Assembly (NCBI GenBank): GCA_947630035.1
Contig: CANRFW010000001.1
Location: 1 to 63,895 of the forward strand
Reading direction: 5' to 3'
Length of the DNA: 63,895 nt
From: an uncultured Clostridia bacterium
Lineage (GTDB): Bacteria; Bacillota; Clostridia; Christensenellales; Borkfalkiaceae
The notes beneath the pieces are model-generated. The model was not told where the DNA came from. It ran no database searches and saw nothing but the letters and a program-made list of their open reading frames with translations. Both the position numbers and the translations under genes were made by a program. Each line of letters begins with the position of its first letter. The stretch's first letter is position 1. Below, in pieces: positions 15,866 through 27,675 of this stretch.

Positions 15866-16966
15866 TTACACGTTGAAGCGGAAGAGGACGACGTCGCCGT
15901 CCTTCATCACATAGTCCTTGCCCTCCGAGCGCACCTTGCCCTTTTCGCGCGCCCCGTTGAGACCGCCGCACTCGAGGAGGGTCTCATAGTCCACGACCTC
16001 GGCGCGGATGAACCCCCGCTCGAAATCGGAGTGGATCTTCCCCGCCGCCTGCGGAGCCTTGGTGCCCTTTTCGATGGTCCACGCGCGGGTCTCCTTCTCG
16101 CCCGCCGTGAGGTAGGAGATAAGCCCCAAGAGGGAGTAAGACGCCTTGATGAGTTTGTTGAGACCGCTCTCTTCCAGCCCGAAGTCCTCCAAAAACGCCG
16201 CCGCCTCCTCGGGGGGAAGCTCGGAGAGTTCCTCCTCCGTCTTGGCGCAGACGACGATGACCCCCGCCCCGTGTCCCGCGGCGTAGTCCTTCACCGCCTT
16301 TACGCGGGGGAGGGAGTCCTCCTCTTCGCCCATCTCCCTTTCGGAGATATTCGCACAGTAGACGACGGGCTTGGAGGAGAGGAGGAAGAGGCTGTTTAAG
16401 AGAAGTTTTTCCTCTTCCGTTACGGGAAGGGCGGAGGCAGGCTCCCCCTTTCCGAGATGGTCCGCGAGTTTTTCGAGGAAGGCGTACTCCGCGGCGGCGC
16501 CCTTGTCCGCCCCGCCCCTCGCGGCGTTTCTAATGCGATCCTGTCTCTTTTCCACCGCCTCGATATCGGCGAGGATGAGTTCCTCGTTGATGGTCCCGAT
16601 GTCCCGCACGGGGTCTACGGAACTTTCCACATGGGTCACGTTCTCATCCTCGAAACAGCGGACGACGTGGACGATCGCGTCGCACTCGCGGATATGGGAG
16701 AGGAACTTGTTGCCCAGCCCCTCCCCGCGGCTCGCGCCCTTCACAAGCCCCGCTATGTCTACGAATTCGACGACGGCGGGCGTCACCTTTTTGGAATTGT
16801 AGAGGGCGGCGAGCTTTTCGAGGCGCTCGTCGGGGACCGCCACCACGCCCACATTGGGCTCGATGGTGCAGAAAGGATAGTTCGCCATATCCGCACCCGC
16901 GTGGGTGATGGCGTTGAAGAGGGTGGATTTGCCTACGTTGGGCAGGCCGACAACTCCTAATTTCAT
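15866..16966 (-). CDS. ychF: Redox-regulated ribosome-binding ATPase YchF
   Basis: MKLGVVGLPNVGKSTLFNAIT start at 16966, with the TGS-like C-terminus DGDVVLFRFNV. The upstream 19 codons of the tracked ORF are unlikely to be translated. Confidence 0.93.
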   Translation of the reverse strand: MKLGVVGLPNVGKSTLFNAITHAGADMANYPFCTIEPNVGVVAVPDERLEKLAALYNSKKVTPAVVEFVDIAGLVKGASRGEGLGNKFLSHIRECDAIVHVVRCFEDENVTHVESSVDPVRDIGTINEELILADIEAVEKRQDRIRNAARGGADKGAAAEYAFLEKLADHLGKGEPASALPVTEEEKLLLNSLFLLSSKPVVYCANISEREMGEEEDSLPRVKAVKDYAAGHGAGVIVVCAKTEEELSELPPEEAAAFLEDFGLEESGLNKLIKASYSLLGLISYLTAGEKETRAWTIEKGTKAPQAAGKIHSDFERGFIRAEVVDYETLLECGGLNGAREKGKVRSEGKDYVMKDGDVVLFRFNV

Positions 16967-17032
16967 GGGTTTGCTCCTTGTACTTTCGCCCGCTATTTTA
17001 CCATAATTTTCCGCATAACGCAACCGAAAGAC

Positions 17033-17061
17033 TTGCCGTAATCCCCAAAAAGTTATATAAT
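17033..17061 (+). promoter_or_regulatory. Sigma-A type promoter of argS
   Basis: TTGCCG (17033-17038), 17-nt spacer, TATAAT (17056-17061). The leader to the ATG at 17083, which includes SD AAGGAG, is only 21 nt. Confidence 0.55.
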
Positions 17062-17082
17062 GGAGAAAGTTAAGGAGCAGCT

Positions 17083-18768
17083 ATGGATTATAAGGCTTAC
17101 ATTGCGGCACGGATTCCCGACTGCGGGATCCCCGCGGAGGAGATCGCGGAGAGCATCGTTATCCCCCCCGATCCCTCCATGGGCGACTACGCCCTGCCCT
17201 GTTTCAGATTCGCAAAACTTCTGCGCAAGTCTCCCGCCCTCATCGCGGAGGACCTCGCCGCGCGCTACCCTTTGGACGCGATCGTCGTCGGGGCAAAGGC
17301 GGTGAACGGCTATCTCAACTTCGGGATCGGCCGCAAGGGGCTTGCGGAGGAGACCCTCTCCGCCGTTCTCCGCGAGGGGGAAAGATACGGCTCCTCCAAC
17401 GAGGGGGAGGGTAAGACGGTCTGCATCGACTATTCCTCCGTCAACATTGCCAAGCCCTTCCACATAGGGCACCTCTCGACGACCGTCCTCGGCGGTGCGC
17501 TCTACCGTATCTATAAGTTCCTCGGCTACAACGCGGTGGGCATCAACCACCTCGGGGACTACGGCACCCAGTTCGGCAAACTCATCTCCGCCTACAAGCA
17601 TTGGGGGAAGAGGGAGGAGGTCGAAGAGGGGGGCATCCACGCCATCAACGAGCTTTACGTCCGCTTCAACAACGAGGCGACGGAGGAGATGGAGAGGGAG
17701 GCCCGCGAGTACTTCCGCCTCATCGAGAGCGGGGACAGGGAGGCGAACGACCTCTTCGAGTGGTTCAAGTCCCTCACGATGGCGTATGTCGGCAAAATTT
17801 ACGATAGGCTCCACGTCTCTTTCGACAGTTACGCGGGGGAGAGGTTCTACCTCGACAAGATGCAGCCCGTCATCGACGAACTCAAAGAAAAGGGGCTTCT
17901 CGTCGAGAGCCAAGGGGCCAAGGTCGTCGACCTCGAAGCATACGGCATGCCCCCCTTCATCGTCCTCCGTTCGGACGGCGCGTCCCTCTATGCGACCCGC
18001 GACCTCGCCGCCGCGTTCTACCGCAAGAAGACGTACGATTTTTATAAGTGCCTCTACGTCGTCGCCTATCAGCAGAACCTCCACTTCAAGCAGCTCTTCA
18101 AGACGATCGAACTCATGGGCAAGGATTGGGCGAAGGATATGGTCCACGTCGCCTACGGCATGGTCTCTTTGGAAGACGGCGCCATGTCCACCCGCAAGGG
18201 GAAAGTCGTCTGGCTGGAAGACGTTCTCAATCGCTGTGTGGAGAAGGCGCGCGCGGTGCTTGCGGAGAAGAATCCCGACCTTAAGAACGGGGAGGAAGTC
18301 GCCGAGAAAGTGGGGGTGGGGGCGGTCATCTTCGGCGCCCTCTACAACAGCAAGATCAAGGATATCACCTTCTCCTACGACAGGGCGCTCAACTTCGACG
18401 GGGAGACGAGCGTCTATGTGCAGTACACCTGCGCCCGCTGTGCCTCCGTCCTTGAAAAACTCAAGGGGCTTCCCTTGGGGGACGCGGACAAGGTTCAGCC
18501 GAACGGGGAGGAGTTCGCCCTCGTCAAGGCGATCGCCGACTTTCCCGAAGCCGTCCGCGGGGCGGCGGAGAACTACGAGCCGAGCGTCGTCGCCCGCTGG
18601 TGCGTGGATACGGCGCAGAAGTTCAATAAATTTTACATTGCCTGCCCCATCGCACAGGCGGAGACGGAGGACTTGCGCGCCTTCCGTAAAACGCTCACCT
18701 ATGCCGCGCTTTGCGCGATGAAAAACGGCATGGGGCTTCTCGGGATCGGCGTCCCCGAGAAAATGTGA
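17083..18768 (+). CDS. argS: Arginine--tRNA ligase
   Basis: 561 aa with HIGH-type motif PFHIGHLST, AMSTRKG in place of KMSKS, and a DALR anticodon-binding C-domain. Confidence 0.95.
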   Translation: MDYKAYIAARIPDCGIPAEEIAESIVIPPDPSMGDYALPCFRFAKLLRKSPALIAEDLAARYPLDAIVVGAKAVNGYLNFGIGRKGLAEETLSAVLREGERYGSSNEGEGKTVCIDYSSVNIAKPFHIGHLSTTVLGGALYRIYKFLGYNAVGINHLGDYGTQFGKLISAYKHWGKREEVEEGGIHAINELYVRFNNEATEEMEREAREYFRLIESGDREANDLFEWFKSLTMAYVGKIYDRLHVSFDSYAGERFYLDKMQPVIDELKEKGLLVESQGAKVVDLEAYGMPPFIVLRSDGASLYATRDLAAAFYRKKTYDFYKCLYVVAYQQNLHFKQLFKTIELMGKDWAKDMVHVAYGMVSLEDGAMSTRKGKVVWLEDVLNRCVEKARAVLAEKNPDLKNGEEVAEKVGVGAVIFGALYNSKIKDITFSYDRALNFDGETSVYVQYTCARCASVLEKLKGLPLGDADKVQPNGEEFALVKAIADFPEAVRGAAENYEPSVVARWCVDTAQKFNKFYIACPIAQAETEDLRAFRKTLTYAALCAMKNGMGLLGIGVPEKM

Positions 18769-19409
18769 TGAGGGCGGTCTTCTTCGATCTCGACGGCACC
18801 TTGCTCGACACGGTGCCCGAGATCCGCCGTACCCTCAACGAGACCCTTTCCCGCTTTTCCCTCCCTCCCGTCTCCCCCGAGGAGGCGAGGCGGTTCGTGG
18901 GCAACGGCGCGAAAAAACTCATCGAGCGCGCCACGCCCGAAGGGGCGCCCCGCGGGGAGATCCTCGCCGATTTCCGCGCCCGCTACGCCGAAAGCGACAA
19001 CACCGCGACCCGTCCCTACGATGGGGCGGCGGAGTGCCTGTCCTTCCTCAAAGAGCGGGGGTGCCTCCTCGCCGTCATCACCAATAAACCGCAGGAGGCG
19101 ACGGGCAAGACCCTCTCCGCCTTCTTCCCCGCGGGGACCTTCGATTTTGTCGGCGGGGACGACGGGAGCTTTCCCGTAAAACCCGATCCCGCTCTCACCC
19201 GCTATGCGGCGCTCACCCTCCGCGTCCCCATGCGCGAGTGCGTCTTCGTGGGGGACGGCGAGACGGATATCCTCACGGCGACGGGTGCGGAAATGAGGCC
19301 GGTTGCCGCCCTCTGGGGGTACCGCTCGCGGGAAGAACTTGCGGCGGCGGGGGCGAGGGAGTTTGCGGAGGACTTTTTCGCTCTACGAAAAATCCTCACG
19401 AATTTTTGA
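18768..19409 (+). CDS. HAD-IA hydrolase, phosphoglycolate phosphatase-like
   Basis: Motifs FFDLDGTLLDT, ITNKP and VGDGETDI. The ATG shares its A with the argS TGA. Confidence 0.8.
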   Translation: MRAVFFDLDGTLLDTVPEIRRTLNETLSRFSLPPVSPEEARRFVGNGAKKLIERATPEGAPRGEILADFRARYAESDNTATRPYDGAAECLSFLKERGCLLAVITNKPQEATGKTLSAFFPAGTFDFVGGDDGSFPVKPDPALTRYAALTLRVPMRECVFVGDGETDILTATGAEMRPVAALWGYRSREELAAAGAREFAEDFFALRKILTNF

Positions 19410-19416
19410 AAAACCA

Positions 19417-19445
19417 TTGAAAACCGGAAACGGTTGTGGTATAAT
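19417..19445 (+). promoter_or_regulatory. Sigma-A type promoter (extended -10) with an inverted repeat in the spacer
   Basis: TTGAAA (19417-19422), 17-nt spacer, TATAAT (19440-19445) with TGg. The spacer contains AACCGgaaaCGGTT. Confidence 0.55.
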
Positions 19446-19472
19446 CTCAAAAGAAATTTATGGAGGTATCCT

Positions 19473-19997
19473 ATGAAAAGATGTGCAATTTGCGGCGAGA
19501 TCGTCGAGGACGATGTGGCCGTGTGCCCCGTCTGCGGGGCGAAGAAATTCGAGCCTGTCGAGGAGGCGAAGTTCGCCTGCGAACACCATGTCGGCGACGG
19601 CAAGGTGGAGGACAAAGAGGTAACGGAGGGGCTTCACGCCAACTTCACGGGCGAATGCACCGAGGTCGGCATGTACCTTGCGATGGCGCGCGTCGCCGAG
19701 CGTGAGGGGTATCCCGAGATCGCCGAGGCCTACAAGCGCTATGCCTATGAGGAAGCGGAGCATGCGGCGAAGTTTGCGGAACTTTTGGGCGAGGTCGTCA
19801 CCGACAGCACCAAGAAGAACCTCGAACTCCGCGCGGCGGCGGAAGCGGGCGCCTGCGAGGGCAAACTCAAGCTCGCCAAGCGCGCCAAGGAACTCGGGTA
19901 CGACGCCATTCACGACACCGTCCACGAGATGGCAAAAGACGAAGCCCGCCACGGCGCAGGTTTCAAGGGCCTTCTGAACCGCTACTTCAAGGCGTAA
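19473..19997 (+). CDS. rbr: Reverse rubrerythrin (N-terminal rubredoxin-like CxxC pairs plus a ferritin-like diiron domain)
   Basis: N-terminus CAICGE...CPVCGA. Diiron motifs are [18 protein letters not shown] and DEARHGAGF. Confidence 0.88.
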   Translation: MKRCAICGEIVEDDVAVCPVCGAKKFEPVEEAKFACEHHVGDGKVEDKEVTEGLHANFTGECTEVGMYLAMARVAEREGYPEIAEAYKRYAYEEAEHAAKFAELLGEVVTDSTKKNLELRAAAEAGACEGKLKLAKRAKELGYDAIHDTVHEMAKDEARHGAGFKGLLNRYFKA

Positions 19998-20120
19998 GCG
20001 TCGCCCGCGAGAGCTTTGAGGCCCTCGCCCCGCGGGGGTACTTTGCATGAGGCCCTCGTCCCGCGCGGGCGCTTTGTATGGCTCTCTTTTTGCCGAAAAG
20101 TTTGTTTTGAATTTCCGTAA

Positions 20121-20157
20121 CAATTCGGGCGTGCTTCTGCGCGCCCGAATTGTTTTC
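20121..20157 (+). terminator. Rho-independent terminator
   Basis: Hairpin CAATTCGGGCG...GCGCCCGAATTG followed by TTTT. Confidence 0.6.
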
Positions 20158-20361
20158 CTATTAGAAATTATAAAGCCGTACGGAAACCGCACGGCTTTAT
20201 AAAAATATTGGAGAGTGAAAAGCGTTCGCAGCTGGGACTGCGCCCGCTGATCGGCGAATTGTTCGGGGGGCTTTTCCGTTCCCCGTCGCAATCATTATAC
20301 CCCGCGCCCCGCCGCGTTGTAAACCTACTCTTTCGTCCCGCCCCTCTATTCTCGTAAAATA

Positions 20362-20433
20362 GTGAGTAGAGTTGAAAAAATCCTCTCTACTCACAGTAGA
20401 ACTATTGACTTTCCCCGCAATATGCGCTATACT
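20362..20433 (+). promoter_or_regulatory. Promoter with an upstream 10-bp inverted repeat (candidate operator)
   Basis: The IR arms are GTGAGTAGAG (20362-20371) and CTCTACTCAC (20385-20394). The promoter is TTGACT (20405-20410), 17-nt spacer, TATACT (20428-20433). The ATG lies 6 nt after the -10. Confidence 0.5.
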
Positions 20434-20439
20434 TGGGGC

Positions 20440-21090
20440 ATGGACGATAAAATCAAAACCGAGGAGCAGGAAGATCTCGCCGTCATCATCGGCAGAAATC
20501 TCACACGTCTGAGGAAGGCTTCGGGGATGACCCAGCTCGATCTTGCGGAAAAGCTCAACTATTCGGATAAATCGGTCTCCAAGTGGGAGCAGGGCAACGG
20601 CATTCCCGACGTGCGCATCCTCCTGCAGCTCGCCGATCTCTTCAACGTCTCTTTGGACGATCTCGTGCGCGAGCCGCCCAAGGGGAAGAGCGTCGTGCCC
20701 AAGCGGGAGCGCAAACTCCGTCACTTCATCATCACCGTCTGTTCGGTGGGGATCTGCTGGCTCGTCGCCGTCGTCTGCTTCGTTCTCGGCGGCGTCGCGA
20801 ACCCCTGGCTTGCGCAGAAAGTGACGGGCATGTGGCTCTCTTTCGTGTACGCCGTGCCCGTTTCCGCCATCATCCTCGTGGTGTTCAGCACGGTGTGGCG
20901 CTGGAAATGGGTGCGCATCGTCTCCCTCTCCGTCCTCATCTGGACGGCGATCGCCTGCGTCTACCTCACCCTCTATGTGTGCGGGATAACGGAGGGCATG
21001 TGGCTCCTCTTCCTCATCGGGATCCCGCTGCAGGTACTCACCCTCTTCTTCTTCCTCTGGTGGAAGCGGGGGCGCAAACAGAAGAATTGA
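20440..21090 (+). CDS. XRE-family HTH regulator with a C-terminal multi-pass membrane domain
   Basis: The HTH reads LRKASGMTQLDLAEKLNYSDKSVSKWEQG, followed by about 4 TM helices. The start at 20440 was chosen because the promoter overlaps the earlier candidate starts. Confidence 0.8.
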   Translation: MDDKIKTEEQEDLAVIIGRNLTRLRKASGMTQLDLAEKLNYSDKSVSKWEQGNGIPDVRILLQLADLFNVSLDDLVREPPKGKSVVPKRERKLRHFIITVCSVGICWLVAVVCFVLGGVANPWLAQKVTGMWLSFVYAVPVSAIILVVFSTVWRWKWVRIVSLSVLIWTAIACVYLTLYVCGITEGMWLLFLIGIPLQVLTLFFFLWWKRGRKQKN

Positions 21091-21091
21091 A

Positions 21092-22168
21092 ATGAAAACG
21101 GAAAATCTCGGCCGTATCGCCGAACGCTCCAAAAGGAGCTGTGCCGCAAGCGGCGCATTCTGCCTCATCTTCGCCATCTTCGCGATCCTTCTCCTCTTCG
21201 GGGTGGTGATCTGCGCCGTCCTCTCGGAGACGGCGTTCTCCTCCTCGGAGAAGCACACCCTTCTCTATATCCTCGCCGGCTCTTTCGGCGGGGGCGCGGT
21301 CCTCTTTTCCCTTGCGGCGTACGGTATGGGCACCCTTTCCCGTCTCTACGATCTCCGCGGCAAGGACGCGCGCGAACGCGCCGATTCGCCCGACTCCTTC
21401 TTTGTGGGCGAAAAGGTCCTCGCGACCTTCGCGGAGACCGCCCTCGAACTGCATGAGGAGGGGAAGGAGGGGCGCATCCGCGTTCCCTACCCGCAGCTCA
21501 CCCTCTATTCGGTGTGCAGCCGCACCCGTCCCCGCGAAAAGGGGGAGTGGAAGATCGTCCTCGGCATCCCCGCGAAATACCTCAACAAGAGACCGGAAAA
21601 GGGGGAGGGAGTCGTCCTTGTGGAGACGGACTATAAGTCCCGTCTCGCGGAAACGGCGGAAAAGCGGGGGCTTGCGATCCTCGGCGAAAAAGAGCGAAAA
21701 ATAGAACATGGGGTGCGGTTTTCCCGCATGCAGGTCTTCAAATTCCCCCTCGACGCCCGCAGGAAACGGGCGATCGCGCTTGCCGCGGCGGGGGGCGCCG
21801 TTACGGCGGCGGGCATCGCCGTCGCCTTTCTCCTCTCCGTCTTCATAGGGGCGGTCATCACCGTGTTCGGCGCGGCGTTTGCCGTCCACACGCTGTGGAG
21901 GGCGGTGACTTCGGGGCGGGCCATCGAGGTCTACCGCGAGGGGATCTATTGGCGGGAAGAGAGGCGGGAGGAGCGCGTCTTCCTCAAATGGGAGGAGATC
22001 GTGTGCCTTTCCGCCGTGGAGGGGGAGACGGGTGCGGGACTTCGCGCCGAATGCACCTGCGGGTCCTACGTCTTCCCGCTTCCCCGCGGCGCATATGAAT
22101 ATCTTGCCGTGCATTTTCCCGAAAAGTGCGAAGGGGGGCAGGATGGAAGACCGGCGCAGTCCGATTAA
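21092..22168 (+). CDS. Hypothetical membrane protein (2TM-soluble-2TM-soluble), paralog A
   Basis: 358 aa. Its architecture and C-terminal motif (...YEYLAVHFPEK) are shared with the next gene. Confidence 0.65.
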   Translation: MKTENLGRIAERSKRSCAASGAFCLIFAIFAILLLFGVVICAVLSETAFSSSEKHTLLYILAGSFGGGAVLFSLAAYGMGTLSRLYDLRGKDARERADSPDSFFVGEKVLATFAETALELHEEGKEGRIRVPYPQLTLYSVCSRTRPREKGEWKIVLGIPAKYLNKRPEKGEGVVLVETDYKSRLAETAEKRGLAILGEKERKIEHGVRFSRMQVFKFPLDARRKRAIALAAAGGAVTAAGIAVAFLLSVFIGAVITVFGAAFAVHTLWRAVTSGRAIEVYREGIYWREERREERVFLKWEEIVCLSAVEGETGAGLRAECTCGSYVFPLPRGAYEYLAVHFPEKCEGGQDGRPAQSD

Positions 22169-23117
22169 AAAATTGTTTTATGTGTGGGCCGCCCTCTCCC
22201 TTGCGGGGCTTGCCCTCTCCGTCGCGGGAGTCATCGGGATGGAGCGGGAAGCAAGCTGGGGGGCCCCGCTCTTCTATTCGGGGCTTGGGGCCGTCGGCTT
22301 CGCCTTTCTCGCCCTCTGCGTCTGCGGCGTCGTACACGACCGCGCCCTCAAGCGGGCACGCGCAAAGACGGCCGCCGCCCTCGCCGAAAACGAGGGGCTT
22401 CTCTTCGACACCGTCGTGCGGTTCACGGAGCGGGGCATGGAATTGCCGCAGGAGGACGAGGTGTTTTCGGAGGAGACGCTCTGTATCCCCGCCGAGAGGT
22501 TAAAGGTCTACCGCGTTCTGGAATATGCTTCGCCCAAGGGCAAGGCAAGGGAGGGGAACTACCTCGTCTTTCCCGTCCCCGACGGGGGAGAAGAGGAACT
22601 CGTCTCCGCCCCGCTCGACGAAAAGACGGAGCGCCTCGCCCTCGCGCACGGCGCGGAGGAGAAGGACAAACGCTTTCCCTCCGCGGCGGGGAAACGGGTG
22701 CATGTCTTCCGTTTCTTCGGAAGGACGCAGCGCAGGTGGGTGATCGCCCTCTCCGTCCTCTTCGTCCTCCTGCTCGGGGCGGCGGTCGGGTTCGGCGTGT
22801 GGCTCTCCGTCACGGCGGAAAACTTCTCCGCGGGGGCGTGGGGCGGCGTGTGCGGCGGGGCGGCGGTGCCCTTCGCGCTCGCGTGCGGCTCCGTGCTGCG
22901 GCGGGACGGCATCTTTCTCTATGAAGGGGGCGTCTGCGCCCGCTTCACGGCGCGGGGCGGATTCTATCTCCCGTACGGCGCGATCGAATTTGTCTCGCGC
23001 GGGGAGAGGACGGTCGAACTGCATGCGGGCTATTGCGTCTACTACTTGCCCGAATGCGGCGGGCTGTATGAGGCGTTGCGGGCACGGTATCCCGAAAAAA
23101 AGGAGGAGGAAGCATGA
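22143..23117 (+). CDS. Hypothetical membrane protein, paralog B
   Basis: 324 aa from MEDRRSPIKKLFY. It has the same 2TM-soluble-2TM-soluble layout and the C-terminus ...YEALRARYPEK. It overlaps paralog A by 26 nt. Confidence 0.65.
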   Translation: MEDRRSPIKKLFYVWAALSLAGLALSVAGVIGMEREASWGAPLFYSGLGAVGFAFLALCVCGVVHDRALKRARAKTAAALAENEGLLFDTVVRFTERGMELPQEDEVFSEETLCIPAERLKVYRVLEYASPKGKAREGNYLVFPVPDGGEEELVSAPLDEKTERLALAHGAEEKDKRFPSAAGKRVHVFRFFGRTQRRWVIALSVLFVLLLGAAVGFGVWLSVTAENFSAGAWGGVCGGAAVPFALACGSVLRRDGIFLYEGGVCARFTARGGFYLPYGAIEFVSRGERTVELHAGYCVYYLPECGGLYEALRARYPEKKEEEA

Positions 23118-23341
23118 GAGAACTCGTCGTCCACGGCGTCTACCGCCATTTCAAGGGCAACCTGTATTATGTGGAGGGGCTTGCGAAAGACAGCGAGACG
23201 GGGGAGGATACGGTCGTCTACCGCGCACTTTACGGCGACCGCGCACTGTGGGTGCGCCCCCTCTCCGTATTCCTCTCCGAGGTAGACCGCGAAAAATATC
23301 CCGAAGCGGGGCAAAGGTACCGTTTCGAGCAGATCGGATAA
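23114..23341 (+). CDS. DUF1653 domain protein
   Basis: 75 aa. YRHFKGNLYYV...VVYRALYG...WVRPLSVF is the characteristic DUF1653 pattern. ATGA overlap with the upstream gene. Confidence 0.8.
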   Translation: MRELVVHGVYRHFKGNLYYVEGLAKDSETGEDTVVYRALYGDRALWVRPLSVFLSEVDREKYPEAGQRYRFEQIG

Positions 23342-23351
23342 AGGAGAGAGC

Positions 23352-23837
23352 ATGGTCTGTACCGTCTGCGGCCGAACGACCGCGATCGAATACGACGTAA
23401 AATCGGAGGGAAAGGCCCTTCGTCTCACGCTCTGCAGGGACTGTTACGAGCGCCTCTATGTGGCGGGAGACAGCCCCCTGCCCACCTTTTTCGGGACGGT
23501 GCCCGACGTAGACAAGGCCTGTCCCGACTGCGGCACCCGTCTCAAGGATTTCAAGGCGACGGGCATGCTCGGCTGTGCCTATTGTTACACGGCGTTCCGC
23601 AACGAACTCAAGTCCGCCATCCTGTATGTGCAGGGCAACCTCATCCACGACGGGAAGGTCCCGAGCGCGGATGCGGAGGAGAAGTACGAGCGGGTGCGCG
23701 GGCTTGCCTTTTCGCAAGAAAAACTCTTGGAGCGCATCCGTGCCGCCGAGCGTGGGGGGAACGCCGCCGAAGCGCGCATGCTCAAGATCCAATTACAGAC
23801 GGTCAACCGTAAACTGAACGGGGGGGACGAGGAATGA
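23352..23837 (+). CDS. mcsA: Protein-arginine kinase activator McsA
   Basis: CxxC zinc-finger pairs (CTVCG, CRDC, CPDCG, GCAYCY) and a UVR-like C-terminal helix. It lies directly upstream of mcsB. Confidence 0.85.
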   Translation: MVCTVCGRTTAIEYDVKSEGKALRLTLCRDCYERLYVAGDSPLPTFFGTVPDVDKACPDCGTRLKDFKATGMLGCAYCYTAFRNELKSAILYVQGNLIHDGKVPSADAEEKYERVRGLAFSQEKLLERIRAAERGGNAAEARMLKIQLQTVNRKLNGGDEE

Positions 23838-24883
23838 AAGTCAGCCACCGTTTCGAGAGCGTCGCCGCCTCTTCGCGCATACGGCTTGCGCGCAACTTCA
23901 AGGATTATCCCTTCCCGGGCATGCTCCTCCGCGATCCCCATGCGGAGGAACAGGCGCAGGAGATCATCCGCCTCATCGCGGCGGAACTCATGAGTATGGA
24001 CGAATTCGACCTCTACGACATGCGGGAGATCGGAGACGACCAAGCGGAGTTTTTGAAGGATGCGGGGCTTATCAGCCGCGATCTTCTCCGCCACCGCCCG
24101 ATCGCCGCGGCGCTCGTCTCGCACGACGAGAGCGTCTCCGTCATGATCAACGAGGAGGACCATGTCCGCGAACAGTACTTCGTAAAGGGGTTTGACCTCG
24201 GGCGCGCCTACGAGCGCATCTCGGGCATCGACGACGCGATCTCCGAGTCCATTCCCTTTGCCTTCGATAAGAAGCTCGGGTATCTCACCGCCTGTCCCAC
24301 CAACCTCGGGACGGGGTTGCGCGCCTCCGTCAAGCTCTTCCTCCCCGCCTGTTCGCGGCGGTGGAAGATGGACCTCATCGCAAAGTACCTCACCCACAAG
24401 GGGCTTACCCTGCGCGGGGCGTTCGGCGAGGGGAGCGCGGCGGAGGGGGAGTTCTATCAGGTCAGCAACGAGGTGACCCTCGGCCCCGCCGAAGACGTCA
24501 TTTTGGAGGAAGTGGAGCAGGCGGTCCTCGGCGTCGTGGACATGGAGATCCGCGAGCGGGAGCGCATGAAGGCGGAGGGCGGGCTTGCCCTCTGCGACAA
24601 GATCGCCCGTTCCTACGGCATCCTCACCAACTGTTTGCGCATCGACGGGCAGGAATTCACCAAGCGGGTCTCCGACGTCAAGCTCGGCGTTGCCCTCGGG
24701 TATTTCGCCCTCGGCGAGGAGGAGATCACGGAGACGATGGCGGACCTCGACGGGCTTGTCTTCACCATGCGTCCCTCGAGCATGAAGAGGCAGAAGGGGG
24801 AGCTTACGGAGGAGGAGGCGGACGCCTACCGCGCCATCAAGACGGCGGAAATTTTACGCCGCATGGACCTGCATTTCGCATAA
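23834..24883 (+). CDS. mcsB: Protein arginine kinase McsB
   Basis: ATP:guanido phosphotransferase motifs NEEDHVREQ and LTACPTNLGTGLRASV. ATGA overlap with mcsA. Confidence 0.92.
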   Translation: MKVSHRFESVAASSRIRLARNFKDYPFPGMLLRDPHAEEQAQEIIRLIAAELMSMDEFDLYDMREIGDDQAEFLKDAGLISRDLLRHRPIAAALVSHDESVSVMINEEDHVREQYFVKGFDLGRAYERISGIDDAISESIPFAFDKKLGYLTACPTNLGTGLRASVKLFLPACSRRWKMDLIAKYLTHKGLTLRGAFGEGSAAEGEFYQVSNEVTLGPAEDVILEEVEQAVLGVVDMEIRERERMKAEGGLALCDKIARSYGILTNCLRIDGQEFTKRVSDVKLGVALGYFALGEEEITETMADLDGLVFTMRPSSMKRQKGELTEEEADAYRAIKTAEILRRMDLHFA

Positions 24884-24898
24884 AAAAGGAGGCAGCCT

Positions 24899-27334
<2,436 letters not shown>

Positions 27335-27344
27335 ACAGACAAAT

Positions 27345-27560
27345 TTTACGATAGATTCCTCGACAAGCTCGGAATGACGTCGGAGGGCGCACGGGCGAGG
27401 CGGCGGAATGACGTCGGAGGGCGCTGCGCCGCCCTTCGGCGTTTTTATGTTGCGTTTTCCGCGACTTGCCCTCTCGGTTACAGTCTCTCTCGCCCCCTCC
27501 GCGGGAGGGGGTGTCCCGCAGGGACGGGGGTGGGCAAGGGCAGGGCGTTTTTCCTACCCC
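27345..27560. repeat. Intergenic cluster of GC-rich repeat modules
   Basis: Tandem CGGAATGACGTCGGAGGGCGC at 27368-27390 and 27402-27424. A CCCCCTCCGCGGGAGGGGG hairpin module is related to 559-600. Confidence 0.7.
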
Positions 27561-27617
27561 ATTCCCGCATTTTGCAAAAAAAGCGGCGGAATTTTTCCGT
27601 GTTCCGAAAAAAAAGTC

Positions 27618-27646
27618 TTGAAATTCTCCGATCGGCATGCTATAAT
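27618..27646 (+). promoter_or_regulatory. Sigma-A type promoter (extended -10)
   Basis: TTGAAA (27618-27623), 17-nt spacer, TGcTATAAT (27638-27646). Confidence 0.6.
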
Positions 27647-27675
27647 AATTGACAAATTCAAGGGGGAAAAGAAAG

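Noticed and set aside
16967-17082. A possible T-box leader upstream of argS.
   Set aside because: The intergenic region is only about 115 nt and holds a clear promoter whose transcript would have a 21-nt leader. That is far too short for a T-box element.
20000-20100. Duplicated GAGGCCCTCG(C/T)CCCGCG motif after rubrerythrin, considered as a possible small RNA or riboswitch.
   Set aside because: There are only two short copies, which form GC hairpins directly downstream of a stop codon. They are most simply part of the terminator region.
23114-23351. A possible CtsR repressor gene or CtsR boxes upstream of mcsA.
   Set aside because: The gene directly upstream is a 75-aa DUF1653 protein, not a CtsR-like HTH protein of about 150 aa. 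No GGTCAAA direct-repeat operator was seen in the short junctions.
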